From Pseudomonadota bacterium (lineage in GTDB: Bacteria; Pseudomonadota; Alphaproteobacteria; RF32; CAG-239): DNA of 64,000 nucleotides. Each line of letters begins with the position of its first letter. Positions within the stretch are counted from its first letter, which is position 1. A program made the position numbers and the translations under genes. Positions 1 to 8,485 of this stretch are shown in pieces. The stretch is taken from contig CAKJXZ020000028.1 of assembly GCA_918234285.1 (NCBI GenBank), positions 1 to 64,000 of the forward strand, written 5' to 3'. The notes under the pieces are model-generated. The model did not search any database and had not been told where the DNA came from. It saw nothing but the letters and a program-made list of their open reading frames with translations.

Positions 1-86
1 GCACAACAATAACCTGTCATCCCTCGAAGTGCACAAAAATAACCTGTCATCCCTCGAAGTGCACAAAAATAACCTGTCATCCCTCG
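1..86. repeat. 30-bp head-to-tail tandem repeat (GCACAAMAATAACCTGTCATCCCTCGAAGT x ~2.9), truncated by the window start
   Basis: Units at 1-30, 31-60 and 61-86. A partial unit recurs at 1205-1246. No spacers. Confidence 0.95.
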
Positions 87-243
87 ACCTGTGCTGTGCA
101 TCAGGTCGTCAAGGGATCTTATCTTTGCGAAGCGCAGATTATATATGTGAATCGGAAGCAATGCTGTCGCATTGAAAGGTTAGATCGCTGGACGGTCTGA
201 CGCACCGCGCAGACCGAGAGATGACAATAATATCCACGGTCTT
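61..243. repeat. REP/REPIN-like element, copy 1 (two inverted 44-bp GTCAT-tagged palindromes at 76-119 and 182-225)
   Basis: Near-identical direct repeat of 1220-1400, with GTCAT...ATGAC ends and internal hairpins. Confidence 0.85.
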
Positions 244-283
244 ATCTCCCTCTATATCTAAAGTAATATATCCATTTTCGGGC

Positions 284-312
284 TTGAAAAATAAAAAAAA
301 GCAATGCATAAT
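284..312 (+). promoter_or_regulatory. sigma70-like promoter of the pilin gene
   Basis: TTGAAA-17bp-CATAAT; SD TAAGGAG at 361-367. Confidence 0.55.
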
Positions 313-374
313 AAGCCTAGAATGCCACAGTGGCAGACTACTCAAAATACGTATTTTTTATAAGGAGAAAAACT

Positions 375-1058
375 ATGAAAATAAACGAAAAAGGTCGTTC
401 CATGATTGAAATGCTCGGCGTGTTGGCGATTATCGGCGTTTTGTCGGTAGGCGGTATTGCCGGTTATTCAAAAGCCATGGCCAAGTTTAGAGCAAATAAG
501 ACCATCGACCAAATTTCCCACATTGTGGCAAACGTCCGCATCTTGTTCGGTTCGCAAAGAAATTATAATGACTTGGGTGCTACACCGGGTAAGTCATTGA
601 TGATTTATAATGCCCACCTGTTTCCTGAAGAAATGTTGGGCGGTCCTGTTCCTACTGACGACACCAAGATGGCTTCCTTTAATAACCCGTATGCCGGTGC
701 AGTAAGATTGTATGCTGCTTCACGTTTCAGTGGGGAAGATTGTACTGCTACCGAGGGAAACGTAGCTAACACGGCATGTAAAGCATTCGTAATCGAATAT
801 GATAATATTCCGGTTGATGCGTGTGTTGATTTGGCTTCGCAAAACTGGGATGCTTCTTCCGGCTCCGGTCTGATTGCGTTTGGTATTGACGGAACAGGTA
901 CCGGCGGTACGGTTGATGCCGTAACCTACGATGGTTGCGGAACCACCAATATGGGCGATAACTACAACTGCTTTAACAGTATGCCGATGTCGGTTGCCAA
1001 AGCCGTTACATTGTGCACCAGTGCAACACAAAATACATTATCGTTTAAGTTCTTTTAA
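375..1058 (+). CDS. Type IV (PilS/type IVb-like) major pilin
   Basis: Class III signal MKINEKG|RSMIEMLGVLAIIGVLSVGG with E+5; PilS-like NNPYAGAV...FVIEYDNIPVDACVDLA; C-terminal Cys pairs; SD before ATG 375. Confidence 0.85.
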   Translation: MKINEKGRSMIEMLGVLAIIGVLSVGGIAGYSKAMAKFRANKTIDQISHIVANVRILFGSQRNYNDLGATPGKSLMIYNAHLFPEEMLGGPVPTDDTKMASFNNPYAGAVRLYAASRFSGEDCTATEGNVANTACKAFVIEYDNIPVDACVDLASQNWDASSGSGLIAFGIDGTGTGGTVDAVTYDGCGTTNMGDNYNCFNSMPMSVAKAVTLCTSATQNTLSFKFF

Positions 1059-1082
1059 TATTACTTGAACGGTGGATACTTT

Positions 1083-1111
1083 AAGGAGCTCTTTGCGGAG
1101 CTCCTTTTTTT
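1083..1111 (+). terminator. Intrinsic terminator of the pilin gene
   Basis: AAGGAGCTC-tttgcg-GAGCTCCTT followed by a T-tract. Confidence 0.9.
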
Positions 1112-1144
1112 GTGCCGACCGAGGTACGACAATAAAAACAACCT

Positions 1145-1188
1145 GTCATCCTGAACGAATGGATACTTCGGCTCCGCCTCAGTATGAC
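1145..1188. repeat. Short GTCAT...ATGAC REP-like element (second copy at 1404-1447)
   Basis: GTCATCCTGAACGAATGGATACTTCGGCTYCGCCT..ATGAC occurs at both positions. Confidence 0.8.
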
Positions 1189-1219
1189 GGGGCAGGGTTT
1201 TGTCGTCATCCCTCGAAGT

Positions 1220-1400
1220 GCACAACAATAACCTGTCATCCCTCGACCTGTGCTGTGCATCAGGTCGTCAAGGGATCTTATCTTTGCGAAGCGCAAATTG
1301 TATGTGATTCGGAAGCAATGCTGACGCATTGAAAGGTCAGATCGCTGGACGGCCTGACGCACCGCGCAGACCGAGCGATGACAATAATATATATGGTCTT
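1220..1400. repeat. REP/REPIN-like element, copy 2 (palindromes at 1235-1278 and 1339-1382)
   Basis: Direct repeat of 61-243 with few substitutions and a 2-bp indel. Confidence 0.85.
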
Positions 1401-1538
1401 CTCGTCATCCTGAACGAATGGATACTTCGGCTTCGCCTTAAAATGACGCGTCAGACACACATATAATATATAAGTATATCCGTCTCAGTAATATTTTCTC
1501 CATTTGTCAAAATTTTTGCAAAAGTATGCATTTTTTTG

Positions 1539-1567
1539 TTGCAAAGCCGGAAAAAACGTGCTACATT
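1539..1567 (+). promoter_or_regulatory. sigma70-like promoter of the lipoprotein/OMP pair
   Basis: TTGCAA-17bp-TACATT with extended -10 TG. Confidence 0.55.
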
Positions 1568-1573
1568 TATAGT

Positions 1574-1861
1574 GCTTATGAATTATCAATGTTTTATCAT
1601 TCTTCCTACAATTATACTGAGAACGTGTGATCACTTATATACGTTTTCATTGGATTTTATTGTTTGAGAGATTGATAGAACAGTCTATATACGCTTCGCC
1701 ATTTATGATGACGGAGTCCTGTGTTATGCAGTATGGTTTTCAGCTGCAACGCACGTAAAAAATTCTCCGTCATAGCGATGACAAAGGAATTTCTCACGAG
1801 TTGAGTGTTCCTTCAGCGAGATGAACCGTTCAAAAAAATACAAACAAAAAAATTACATCAT
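1574..1861 (+). promoter_or_regulatory. Long structured 5' leader (multi-hairpin, no SD)
   Basis: Stems TATCAAT 1584-1590/ATTGATA 1671-1677, TGAGAACGTGTG 1618-1629/TATACGTTTTCA 1638-1649 (G.U pairs) and ATGACGGAG 1708-1716/CTCCGTCAT 1765-1773, then an A-rich run to the ATG. Confidence 0.6.
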
Positions 1862-4147
1862 ATGAAGGGAAAAGTAAAAAGAAACCTCGCAAGTCTTTTT
1901 GTGCTTGCTCTGGTAATGTCTATGTTTTCTGCGTGTGAGTACTTCAATGAAGATCTCTCCACGCAGGAAGACAAGGAGGGTCCGGTAAAGCCGGATGAGC
2001 CCGTAGAGCCCGATGCACCGATTTTCTCGTTTGTTCATAACGAGACCCCAATCCCCAATGGTGTCCTTATCGACTGGACTGCTTCAGTGACTAACTATCA
2101 GTTGTCTGAAAGTGGTCAGGCTAGGATCGTGGTTTCTCACGAGAATGACAAGTATGCCGGCCCCGCGTCGGTATATGTGGAGTACTCACAAGAGAGAACC
2201 CACCATGGTGCGATAAAGACCACGGCGAAGGCATCTTCTAGCGACCGCAAGGTCAATGAGGATGCAGCCCGTACTTCCGCAGACGTAGAAGATGGCAACA
2301 TCGTCTATGCCGACCGTTCGATGGAGCGTATCACTCGCACCATCAATGGTAAGGAGTATGAGCTCCCCTATATCGAAATCGGACAGCCTTATCTTGAGGC
2401 TATTAACCAACTCCCCGGGACTACCAAGTACGGCACCCGTGGTGATAAGGTTATTACCGATTCCGTGTGCCGCGGATTCGTATGGAAGGCTATTTGCACC
2501 GTCAAGAACTTCGGTAATGAGACATTCCCCGTGACTCTGGGCGACACCATCAGAGTATACCAACTCTCCGATAACGAAATCGTCAGTGGCAAGATTGTTC
2601 GCGTCGATCGTACTCCGATCGATGAGACAACCGAGCGCTGCGACGTTGTCGTCGAGTGGACCTCTCTCGATGGCTCTAAGCACGAGCAGACCTATAGCAA
2701 GATTCTCAATCGTCGTATCACTGTGATTGACGAGTATGAGAAGGTTGTGACCTCTTTTGGTTACAGCTGGTTGTCAGACAACCCCTTGTCAGTAGGTCAG
2801 TCTTCTGTAATCTCTGATGATGGCACTTGGACTGTGTCGGGTCGTACCGATACTTTCTCAGGTTTACTCTCTAACGGTGTCTCTCCAATTAACACTTCAT
2901 ACGGTTTGTATCATGAGAAAGCTGAATTTGCTAATACCAGGTTCGGCCTCAAGCATACCTTTGATTATGAGAATTGGAACCCCCGTGAGAGAAATACTTA
3001 CGAGGAAGACATCAACAGCCCCCGTGGCGGATATGATGCTAAGAGACTTCACAATTCGATTTCCACCAGCTACCTCGGCTACGCCCAGGATGCTTCAGAG
3101 TCGGTTGTGCTGCTCCTCGAAAAAGCACATATCATCCATCAGGATTGGGATGAAGAGCATTGCACCGAGACTGTACACGATGGTCGCGTGGACTGGCACC
3201 TGGAATTTGTCACCGACTACTCGGATGGCAAGCAGGACCGTCTTACGTTCGATTTTTCGGATGTCCGTCTGCTCAACTGCGATTCCGACTGGTCTTCAGA
3301 AGAGGCGAATAATACTTACAGCACGTCTAACGTAACTGTAACTACCGCCAAAACTGAACCCCATGAGGAAACACAAAATGGCGCAAAAGCAAGCTGGGTA
3401 CGCGAGTACTACGACTTGCAGTCCTTGGTAACATTGTTAGGTTCAATTCAGAAAAATCATTGGACTTCTCGTGAGGCCAATAGTTTCAAGATTGTCTACA
3501 ACAATATCCCCTTCTCATTCGAGTCTAAGACTCTTGGCGCATCGAATTCAGACAATCTGTCTGCCGGTGTGGAGAAGGATGGACACACTGTATATTCTTA
3601 CTCCGACGTACTTCGCTACGTATGGGGTTCCAATATAAAGAACAGCACAGCACCCGGCACCCTCAAGGTGAAGATTGTTGTGCCTGAGGATGAGCGATTC
3701 TTCCCACCAGCTTGGGGAGACCTTCTTGAGGTTAAACAGACTGTTAGTAACAACGCTAAACACGACGGGTTCGTGTACGTGTTGAGCCACCACTTCGAAA
3801 AAGGCGTTCTGCCAGTTGTGGTACCTTCCGGTTCTGTTAGACCAGAGTGGCACTTCGAATATTTTGAGTATACTTCGGTTCATACGTATAATTCAGGTAC
3901 CTACATTGATGGTGTCTGGATTAATACTGTAGCTTCCGATCAGTTTAATCAAATGGTTTGGAGCCGCGATAACAAGGAGAAGGCCAAAAAGGACTATGTG
4001 ATTGCCAAATCCCAGAACTGGGATGAGGGTCGTTTAGTAGATGGTCATTGTTCCACCCAAACTTCTCGCTACGATATCAAGGTTGAGAATGGTCGCGTGA
4101 CCATTACCGATACTTACACCGGTAAGTATATGGGTAGCTGGAGATAA
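1862..4147 (+). CDS. Large Bacteroidota-style lipoprotein, beta-rich, unknown function
   Basis: Basic N-terminus, hydrophobic stretch, lipobox MFSA|C, then an acidic and Pro-rich linker (EDLSTQEDKEGPVKPDEPVEPD). GAG/AAG/CTC/TAC-rich codons unlike neighbouring genes. Confidence 0.75.
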   Translation: MKGKVKRNLASLFVLALVMSMFSACEYFNEDLSTQEDKEGPVKPDEPVEPDAPIFSFVHNETPIPNGVLIDWTASVTNYQLSESGQARIVVSHENDKYAGPASVYVEYSQERTHHGAIKTTAKASSSDRKVNEDAARTSADVEDGNIVYADRSMERITRTINGKEYELPYIEIGQPYLEAINQLPGTTKYGTRGDKVITDSVCRGFVWKAICTVKNFGNETFPVTLGDTIRVYQLSDNEIVSGKIVRVDRTPIDETTERCDVVVEWTSLDGSKHEQTYSKILNRRITVIDEYEKVVTSFGYSWLSDNPLSVGQSSVISDDGTWTVSGRTDTFSGLLSNGVSPINTSYGLYHEKAEFANTRFGLKHTFDYENWNPRERNTYEEDINSPRGGYDAKRLHNSISTSYLGYAQDASESVVLLLEKAHIIHQDWDEEHCTETVHDGRVDWHLEFVTDYSDGKQDRLTFDFSDVRLLNCDSDWSSEEANNTYSTSNVTVTTAKTEPHEETQNGAKASWVREYYDLQSLVTLLGSIQKNHWTSREANSFKIVYNNIPFSFESKTLGASNSDNLSAGVEKDGHTVYSYSDVLRYVWGSNIKNSTAPGTLKVKIVVPEDERFFPPAWGDLLEVKQTVSNNAKHDGFVYVLSHHFEKGVLPVVVPSGSVRPEWHFEYFEYTSVHTYNSGTYIDGVWINTVASDQFNQMVWSRDNKEKAKKDYVIAKSQNWDEGRLVDGHCSTQTSRYDIKVENGRVTITDTYTGKYMGSWR

Positions 4148-4160
4148 CCCTTCTTCCCCG

Positions 4161-4359
4161 CAATGGGGTCGAAGCGCGCGGACGGGTTCCGTGCTTATTT
4201 CCTCCCCATTGATATGTAATTTTTTAAAGTGTTTGATGCTCGAGGTTCGCCTTCTTGCAATAGTCATAATTATTTTCCGAGTGTGCCGGTCGGTATATAA
4301 GGAGATAGAGCGGCTATGCCGTATGACTTTGCGAGTTGGCGGTCTCGAGAGAACAACAC
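4161..4359 (+). promoter_or_regulatory. Structured intercistronic RNA (two hairpins)
   Basis: CAATGGGG 4161-4168/CCCCATTG 4204-4211; long rod 4229-4359 (CTCGAGG/TCTCGAG, TCGCC/GGCGG, CTTGCAA/TTGCGAG, AGTCATA/TATGACT). Confidence 0.65.
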
Positions 4360-4390
4360 AAAATTATTCATTTCAAAAACAATTACCACA

Positions 4391-5296
4391 ATGAAAAAGT
4401 ATATTTTTGCAGCCGCTCTGTGCTGCGCCATGAACGTTAGTGCACAAGTATGGGATGAGTCTAACTTCGGAGGCCTCACCCCCGAAATGAGCTCAAATTC
4501 AAATCCCGAGTTCGCCAACCGTAGCACGGTAACCGTCCTGAATGACCGTGACGCAACGCGCTACAAGGGCAACCATCAGGACGAGATTAAGGTCCTGGTT
4601 GGTAACAACCAGGAGCCCTTGATTCTCTGCTCTGAGGACAATCACGGTTACGACATCAATATATTCGCAGTTGGTGGCTGGTTCGCCGACCATAAAGTCT
4701 TGGGCGGAGGTGCCGGCGCAGGATGGGAAGCCCGTCGTGGCGGTATCGATGGTCGTTTTATCTTCCAGAGAGCACGCCCCGATGTTGCAAGCGATGACAT
4801 GAGTGTATTTCTCCAGGAGCGCGCGGAATTCCGTGCCTATTGGAAGCCGTTTACGTTCTGGAATAATCACGGAGCCGGTAAGGTTGGTGTGGCAGGAACA
4901 TTCCAGCTGTCCCAATTCTTAGATACCGAGACCTACGAGTGGTCTGGTAAGTCATTGAATCCCGATGGGACGACAACGACACATACCTCGACCCGTAGCG
5001 ATTTAGATATCCGCGAGTTTACTTCTGGCTGCTATGTGTTTGCCGAAGTATACTGGCACAAGGCGTTCTCGCCCTGGGGTCTGTTTGCTGGCGTATCTTA
5101 TGGTATTCAGCAGAACATTCTGCTGAATACGAACAAGTTCTACCAGGAGGTTAAGCTCTATGCAGGAGTTAGCTTCCGCTTTAACAAGCACAGGAAGTTC
5201 AACCATCCGGGCATGAAGTTCGCAGGCTATAATACCGAGTCTGAGGTCTGGAATCTCAGGCACGATATGAAACCCTACCAGACTCCGAATAAGTGA
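4391..5296 (+). CDS. Secreted protein, probable outer-membrane beta-barrel (Bacteroidota-style)
   Basis: Signal peptide MKKYIFAAALCCAMNVSA|Q with Gln at +1; amphipathic Gly/aromatic strands; last strand KLYAGVSFRF; no SD. Confidence 0.7.
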   Translation: MKKYIFAAALCCAMNVSAQVWDESNFGGLTPEMSSNSNPEFANRSTVTVLNDRDATRYKGNHQDEIKVLVGNNQEPLILCSEDNHGYDINIFAVGGWFADHKVLGGGAGAGWEARRGGIDGRFIFQRARPDVASDDMSVFLQERAEFRAYWKPFTFWNNHGAGKVGVAGTFQLSQFLDTETYEWSGKSLNPDGTTTTHTSTRSDLDIREFTSGCYVFAEVYWHKAFSPWGLFAGVSYGIQQNILLNTNKFYQEVKLYAGVSFRFNKHRKFNHPGMKFAGYNTESEVWNLRHDMKPYQTPNK

Positions 5297-5316
5297 TTCA
5301 CGACGTTCGCTATATA

Positions 5317-5361
5317 GAACAGCGCCTCTACCCTAACCGGAGAGACGCTGTTCGCTTTTTT
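5317..5361 (+). terminator. Intrinsic terminator
   Basis: GAACAGCG-CCTCT...AGAG-A-CGCTGTTC followed by a T-tract. Confidence 0.7.
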
Positions 5362-5382
5362 AAATATATGTGTTTTTTGCAT

Positions 5383-5426
5383 AAAAAAACGTTCGGTTTA
5401 TGAAATTCCTTTCATATACCGAACGT
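5383..5426 (-). terminator. Intrinsic terminator of the 69-aa gene
   Basis: ACGTTCGGT-T-TATGAAA/TTTCATA-T-ACCGAACGT with an A-run on its left. Confidence 0.75.
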
Positions 5427-5451
5427 CCGTAATTGCGAGAACCTCGAATGA

Positions 5452-5661
5452 TCATAAATCATCCCAGATTCCACACAGTAACAAAATGACAATACCACCT
5501 GCTGTGAGTAACCATCCGAAATGGACAACGCACCAAGTGGCAATGCCACCAAAAACAATAAGTTGAATAAGACCTTTTACAGTCTTGTCCTCCTTATGTT
5601 CCTTCCAAAGCCATTTGATTATACAAGCAATGGCGAGGATTACTACTATATATGTAAGCAT
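5452..5661 (-). CDS. Small membrane protein (69 aa, 2-3 TM)
   Basis: Hydrophobic helices; own promoter, leader and terminator; no SD. Confidence 0.7.
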   Translation of the reverse strand: MLTYIVVILAIACIIKWLWKEHKEDKTVKGLIQLIVFGGIATWCVVHFGWLLTAGGIVILLLCGIWDDL

Positions 5662-5667
5662 AATTTC

Positions 5668-5857
5668 TATAATTTAAGGGATTTATTTGCGCTTAACAAA
5701 CTACTCCCTCAAACGTATCGAAATTATCAACCAACCAAAACATAAAGTTCCGGAAGGCAGTAACAACAATAGCATTGAAAAGAATAATTTAATAATCGCA
5801 AATAAAATCCCTAATTTATAACACTTACATTATATATTTTTTTTGCAAATATGGCAA
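5668..5857 (-). promoter_or_regulatory. sigma70 promoter plus ~155-nt rod-like leader hairpin
   Basis: Minus strand TTGCCA(5857-5852)-17bp-TATAAT(5834-5829). Arms 5797-5820 and 5668-5691 are complementary and extend inward through a G.U-rich stem. Confidence 0.7.
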
Positions 5858-5918
5858 GAAAAAAACAAAGGCTTTCGATTTCCACAAAAGCCTTTGTCGG
5901 AGGAAAGTGTTTATAAAT

Positions 5919-6608
5919 CTATTTTGCCGGTTTTTTATACCATTTGACGGCATTGGCACATTGTTCTTCGGTTTTGCCTTTGACCCGGCAACGATTAACT
6001 TCAATCGTCGGATTTTTATCCATAGAGAAACAACCGTCGCCCAAAAGCATAACGTCGCGATAGGTTCTCACTCCCGGATTAACCTTTACCAGATTAATGG
6101 CGGTGGTGATTTCCGGCCATATCAATTTGATTCCGAAGTTATTGATGCGCTCGGTCATGTCGTTCAATACATAAATGCGCATCTTGCAACGAACCAGATT
6201 ATCCATGCCGCGGCTGACCGAGAAATCGTCGTATGAAACTAAGATTTTGCGCTCGTTATCGTGCACGATTTTGCCGTTGACAACCTTGAAACTGACAACT
6301 TTGCCTTCGCTGTTATCATATACCGGTTCTTCCGCTTTTTGCTCATTACCGCTGATGTTTACCACTACACCCGGTTTGGATGCAACATCATTGGATTCGG
6401 TATATGCCGGAATACCGATTATCGGTGCATCTTTCGGCTTTGCGGAACCTACCGCTTCCGAACCGGCTGCCGTACCTGCATCGGCCGCGGTATTTGCAAC
6501 TGCATTATCCGAACCGGCCGCAATACCCGAGCCGCTGGAAAAAGATTGCGCAGAGGCATTAAACACCGAGCAAGCGGCAACTAATACAAGATAACAAATC
6601 AAACGCAT
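5919..6608 (-). CDS. Secreted hypothetical protein, Cys-containing C-terminal domain
   Basis: Signal peptide; Ala/Ser/Gly linker; RCKMRIYVLND...WP...CF...VNRC pattern shared with the upstream gene. Confidence 0.75.
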   Translation of the reverse strand: MRLICYLVLVAACSVFNASAQSFSSGSGIAAGSDNAVANTAADAGTAAGSEAVGSAKPKDAPIIGIPAYTESNDVASKPGVVVNISGNEQKAEEPVYDNSEGKVVSFKVVNGKIVHDNERKILVSYDDFSVSRGMDNLVRCKMRIYVLNDMTERINNFGIKLIWPEITTAINLVKVNPGVRTYRDVMLLGDGCFSMDKNPTIEVNRCRVKGKTEEQCANAVKWYKKPAK

Positions 6609-6629
6609 TGTCAAACCTTTCAAAGCTGA

Positions 6630-7454
6630 TTATTTTTTATCTTCGGCTTTAGCCTCATCTTTGTTTTTATCTTTATCTTTGTCTTTATCTTTATCCTTAT
6701 CTTCACCTTCGGCTTTTTTATCATCTTCCGTTGTCGCGTCTCTCTTCATGATTTTATCCAGTTCGAGCGAAACTTCTTCCAAATCAGCCAAAGATTTCTT
6801 GTAAACTTCTTCTACACCGGCTAACTCGTGAGCCTTGGCTTCTTCGGCCTGTTGCTCTAACACGCTGTCCGGAGTATCCTTAAACTCTGAATAGTATTCC
6901 GGATTCTTCGAATTGATGTAGTTGAAACGGTCAAGACAGCTACCGCGGTTGGTTTGTTGGTTGTTCTTTATCGTGATTTTATCACCCTCGGCAATACAGT
7001 CATTTACTTTGTATTCCAACTGATCAAGCAACAAGAAGCACTTGTCGGTGGTAACAACTTCTTCAAAACTCTTTTGCTGATGAGGGAAAATATCTTCCAA
7101 TTCAACGTGTTTCATAATATAAGTGATTGCCTCTTTCGGATCAGCAACCGGTTCCACGCTGTCATCGACAATCTGATATTTTTTGGCGATGGCATCTTGC
7201 CAGCGGAAATCCATATTGATTTTCTCAACCTTTTTTTCCATACGGTTATAAACGGTTACCAAAAAAGAACATCTGTCGGTCAAGCCGGCTTCGTTGGTTA
7301 AAGGTTTAATATTTTCGATACGGAACAAAATGGCGTCAGCATCAGAAGTTTTTTCAAATTCTTTTTTTTGCGGTTCTTCGGCATAAGATGCTACCGCTAA
7401 GCACAAGGACATACCGAAAGTTAAACCGAATGTAATTTTTTTAATCAAACTCAT
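6630..7454 (-). CDS. Secreted hypothetical protein, paralogue of the downstream gene, DK-repeat tail
   Basis: Signal peptide ASYA|EE; RCSFLVTVYNR...WQ...CF...VNDC; tail DKDKDKDKDK. Confidence 0.75.
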   Translation of the reverse strand: MSLIKKITFGLTFGMSLCLAVASYAEEPQKKEFEKTSDADAILFRIENIKPLTNEAGLTDRCSFLVTVYNRMEKKVEKINMDFRWQDAIAKKYQIVDDSVEPVADPKEAITYIMKHVELEDIFPHQQKSFEEVVTTDKCFLLLDQLEYKVNDCIAEGDKITIKNNQQTNRGSCLDRFNYINSKNPEYYSEFKDTPDSVLEQQAEEAKAHELAGVEEVYKKSLADLEEVSLELDKIMKRDATTEDDKKAEGEDKDKDKDKDKDKNKDEAKAEDKK

Positions 7455-7531
7455 TTTTCTACTCCAAAGTATTAAATCTGACCATATCATACATAATTAT
7501 TCTTTAATTTTTCTTAAATTTTATGAAAAAT

Positions 7532-8329
7532 CTACAGTTCGCTCAATTTGTGCTTTAAGCGCAACAAATCAGCCCAAGATTTATTTTTCTGCGATGCTGT
7601 ACGCAGTAAATATGCCGGATGAAAACTCGAAAGAGTCGGAATAACCGTCCCCTGAGCCGAAGTGTAGTCGATAAAGTGTCCGCGCAAAGACGAAATGCTG
7701 TCGGCATTATCCAACAGAGCATTGGCTGCACTGCGTCCGAGTATAAAGATAATTTTCGGCTTTATCAACTCGATTTGCCGCTTTAAAAATGGCAAACAAA
7801 CCGCCACTTCTTCCGAGGTCGGTGTGCGGTTCCCCGGCGGTCGCCATGGTAAAATGTTGGTAATGTAACAATCTTCGCGTTTGAGTTCAATCGCGGCCAA
7901 CATTTTATCCAAAAGATGGCCACTGCGCCCGACAAACGGTTCACCCAAGCGGTCTTCATCTGCACCGGGTGCTTCGCCGATGAGCATAACTTCTGCCTGC
8001 GGATTGCCGTAGCCGAAAACGGTGGAATTGGCTGAAAATTTCAAAGAACAACCGTCGAAATCTTCCACCATGGCACGCAAATCATCGAGGGTTTGGGCTT
8101 TTTGGCAGATTTCCTCGGCATTTTTACAAGCAACAATATTTACTTGCGATAAATCGGAAACAGCCTGTCGGGCAACATTTGCTGTCGGAACGGCGGCAGA
8201 GTTGCTGCTAATATTGTTTTGCGGCGGGACGGACGATTTAAGGGCATTACACGGTGTATCGGCGCATATTTCATCAACGCCGGCGGTTAAATACCAATTC
8301 AATACTTGTTCGATATCGTCCATTTTCAC
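7532..8329 (-). CDS. udg: Uracil-DNA glycosylase family 4
   Basis: [21 protein letters not shown] and HPAYLLR motifs. Confidence 0.93.
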   Translation of the reverse strand: MKMDDIEQVLNWYLTAGVDEICADTPCNALKSSVPPQNNISSNSAAVPTANVARQAVSDLSQVNIVACKNAEEICQKAQTLDDLRAMVEDFDGCSLKFSANSTVFGYGNPQAEVMLIGEAPGADEDRLGEPFVGRSGHLLDKMLAAIELKREDCYITNILPWRPPGNRTPTSEEVAVCLPFLKRQIELIKPKIIFILGRSAANALLDNADSISSLRGHFIDYTSAQGTVIPTLSSFHPAYLLRTASQKNKSWADLLRLKHKLSEL

Positions 8330-8485
8330 CCCACCGTTTCAATATATGCGTAAATATTTTTTTTTGCAATATAAAGAATGTCTTTTGCGGTATATATAAA
8401 CAGTTGTTAATAAATTTTTACTCATTGCTAATATTTAATATTTATATTATAGTGACTATAATTTTGTTTTTAAGGTAAAAAAGTT

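Noticed and set aside
1-86. 30-bp repeats as a CRISPR array
   Set aside because: The units are head-to-tail with no spacers, derive from the adjacent REP end, and no cas genes are present.
61-1447. Integron cassette with attC sites
   Set aside because: The palindromes lack RYYYAAC/GTTRRRY ends, the gene has its own promoter and terminator, and there is no integrase in the window.
139-1460. Short ORFs 139-345, 221-409, 1072-1332, 1081-1362 and 1278-1460
   Set aside because: They are read-throughs of the REP repeats and terminator, with no SD or protein-like features.
1574-1861. Known riboswitch (cobalamin, TPP, SAM, c-di-GMP) or T-box in the long leaders
   Set aside because: No diagnostic consensus was recognised by eye, and the leaders share no extended sequence. 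An Rfam scan is still needed.
1862-5296. Contig chimera or contamination explaining the Bacteroidota-like genes
   Set aside because: Similar genes recur at several loci between native genes, with native-type promoters and shared terminators. This is not formally excluded without reads.
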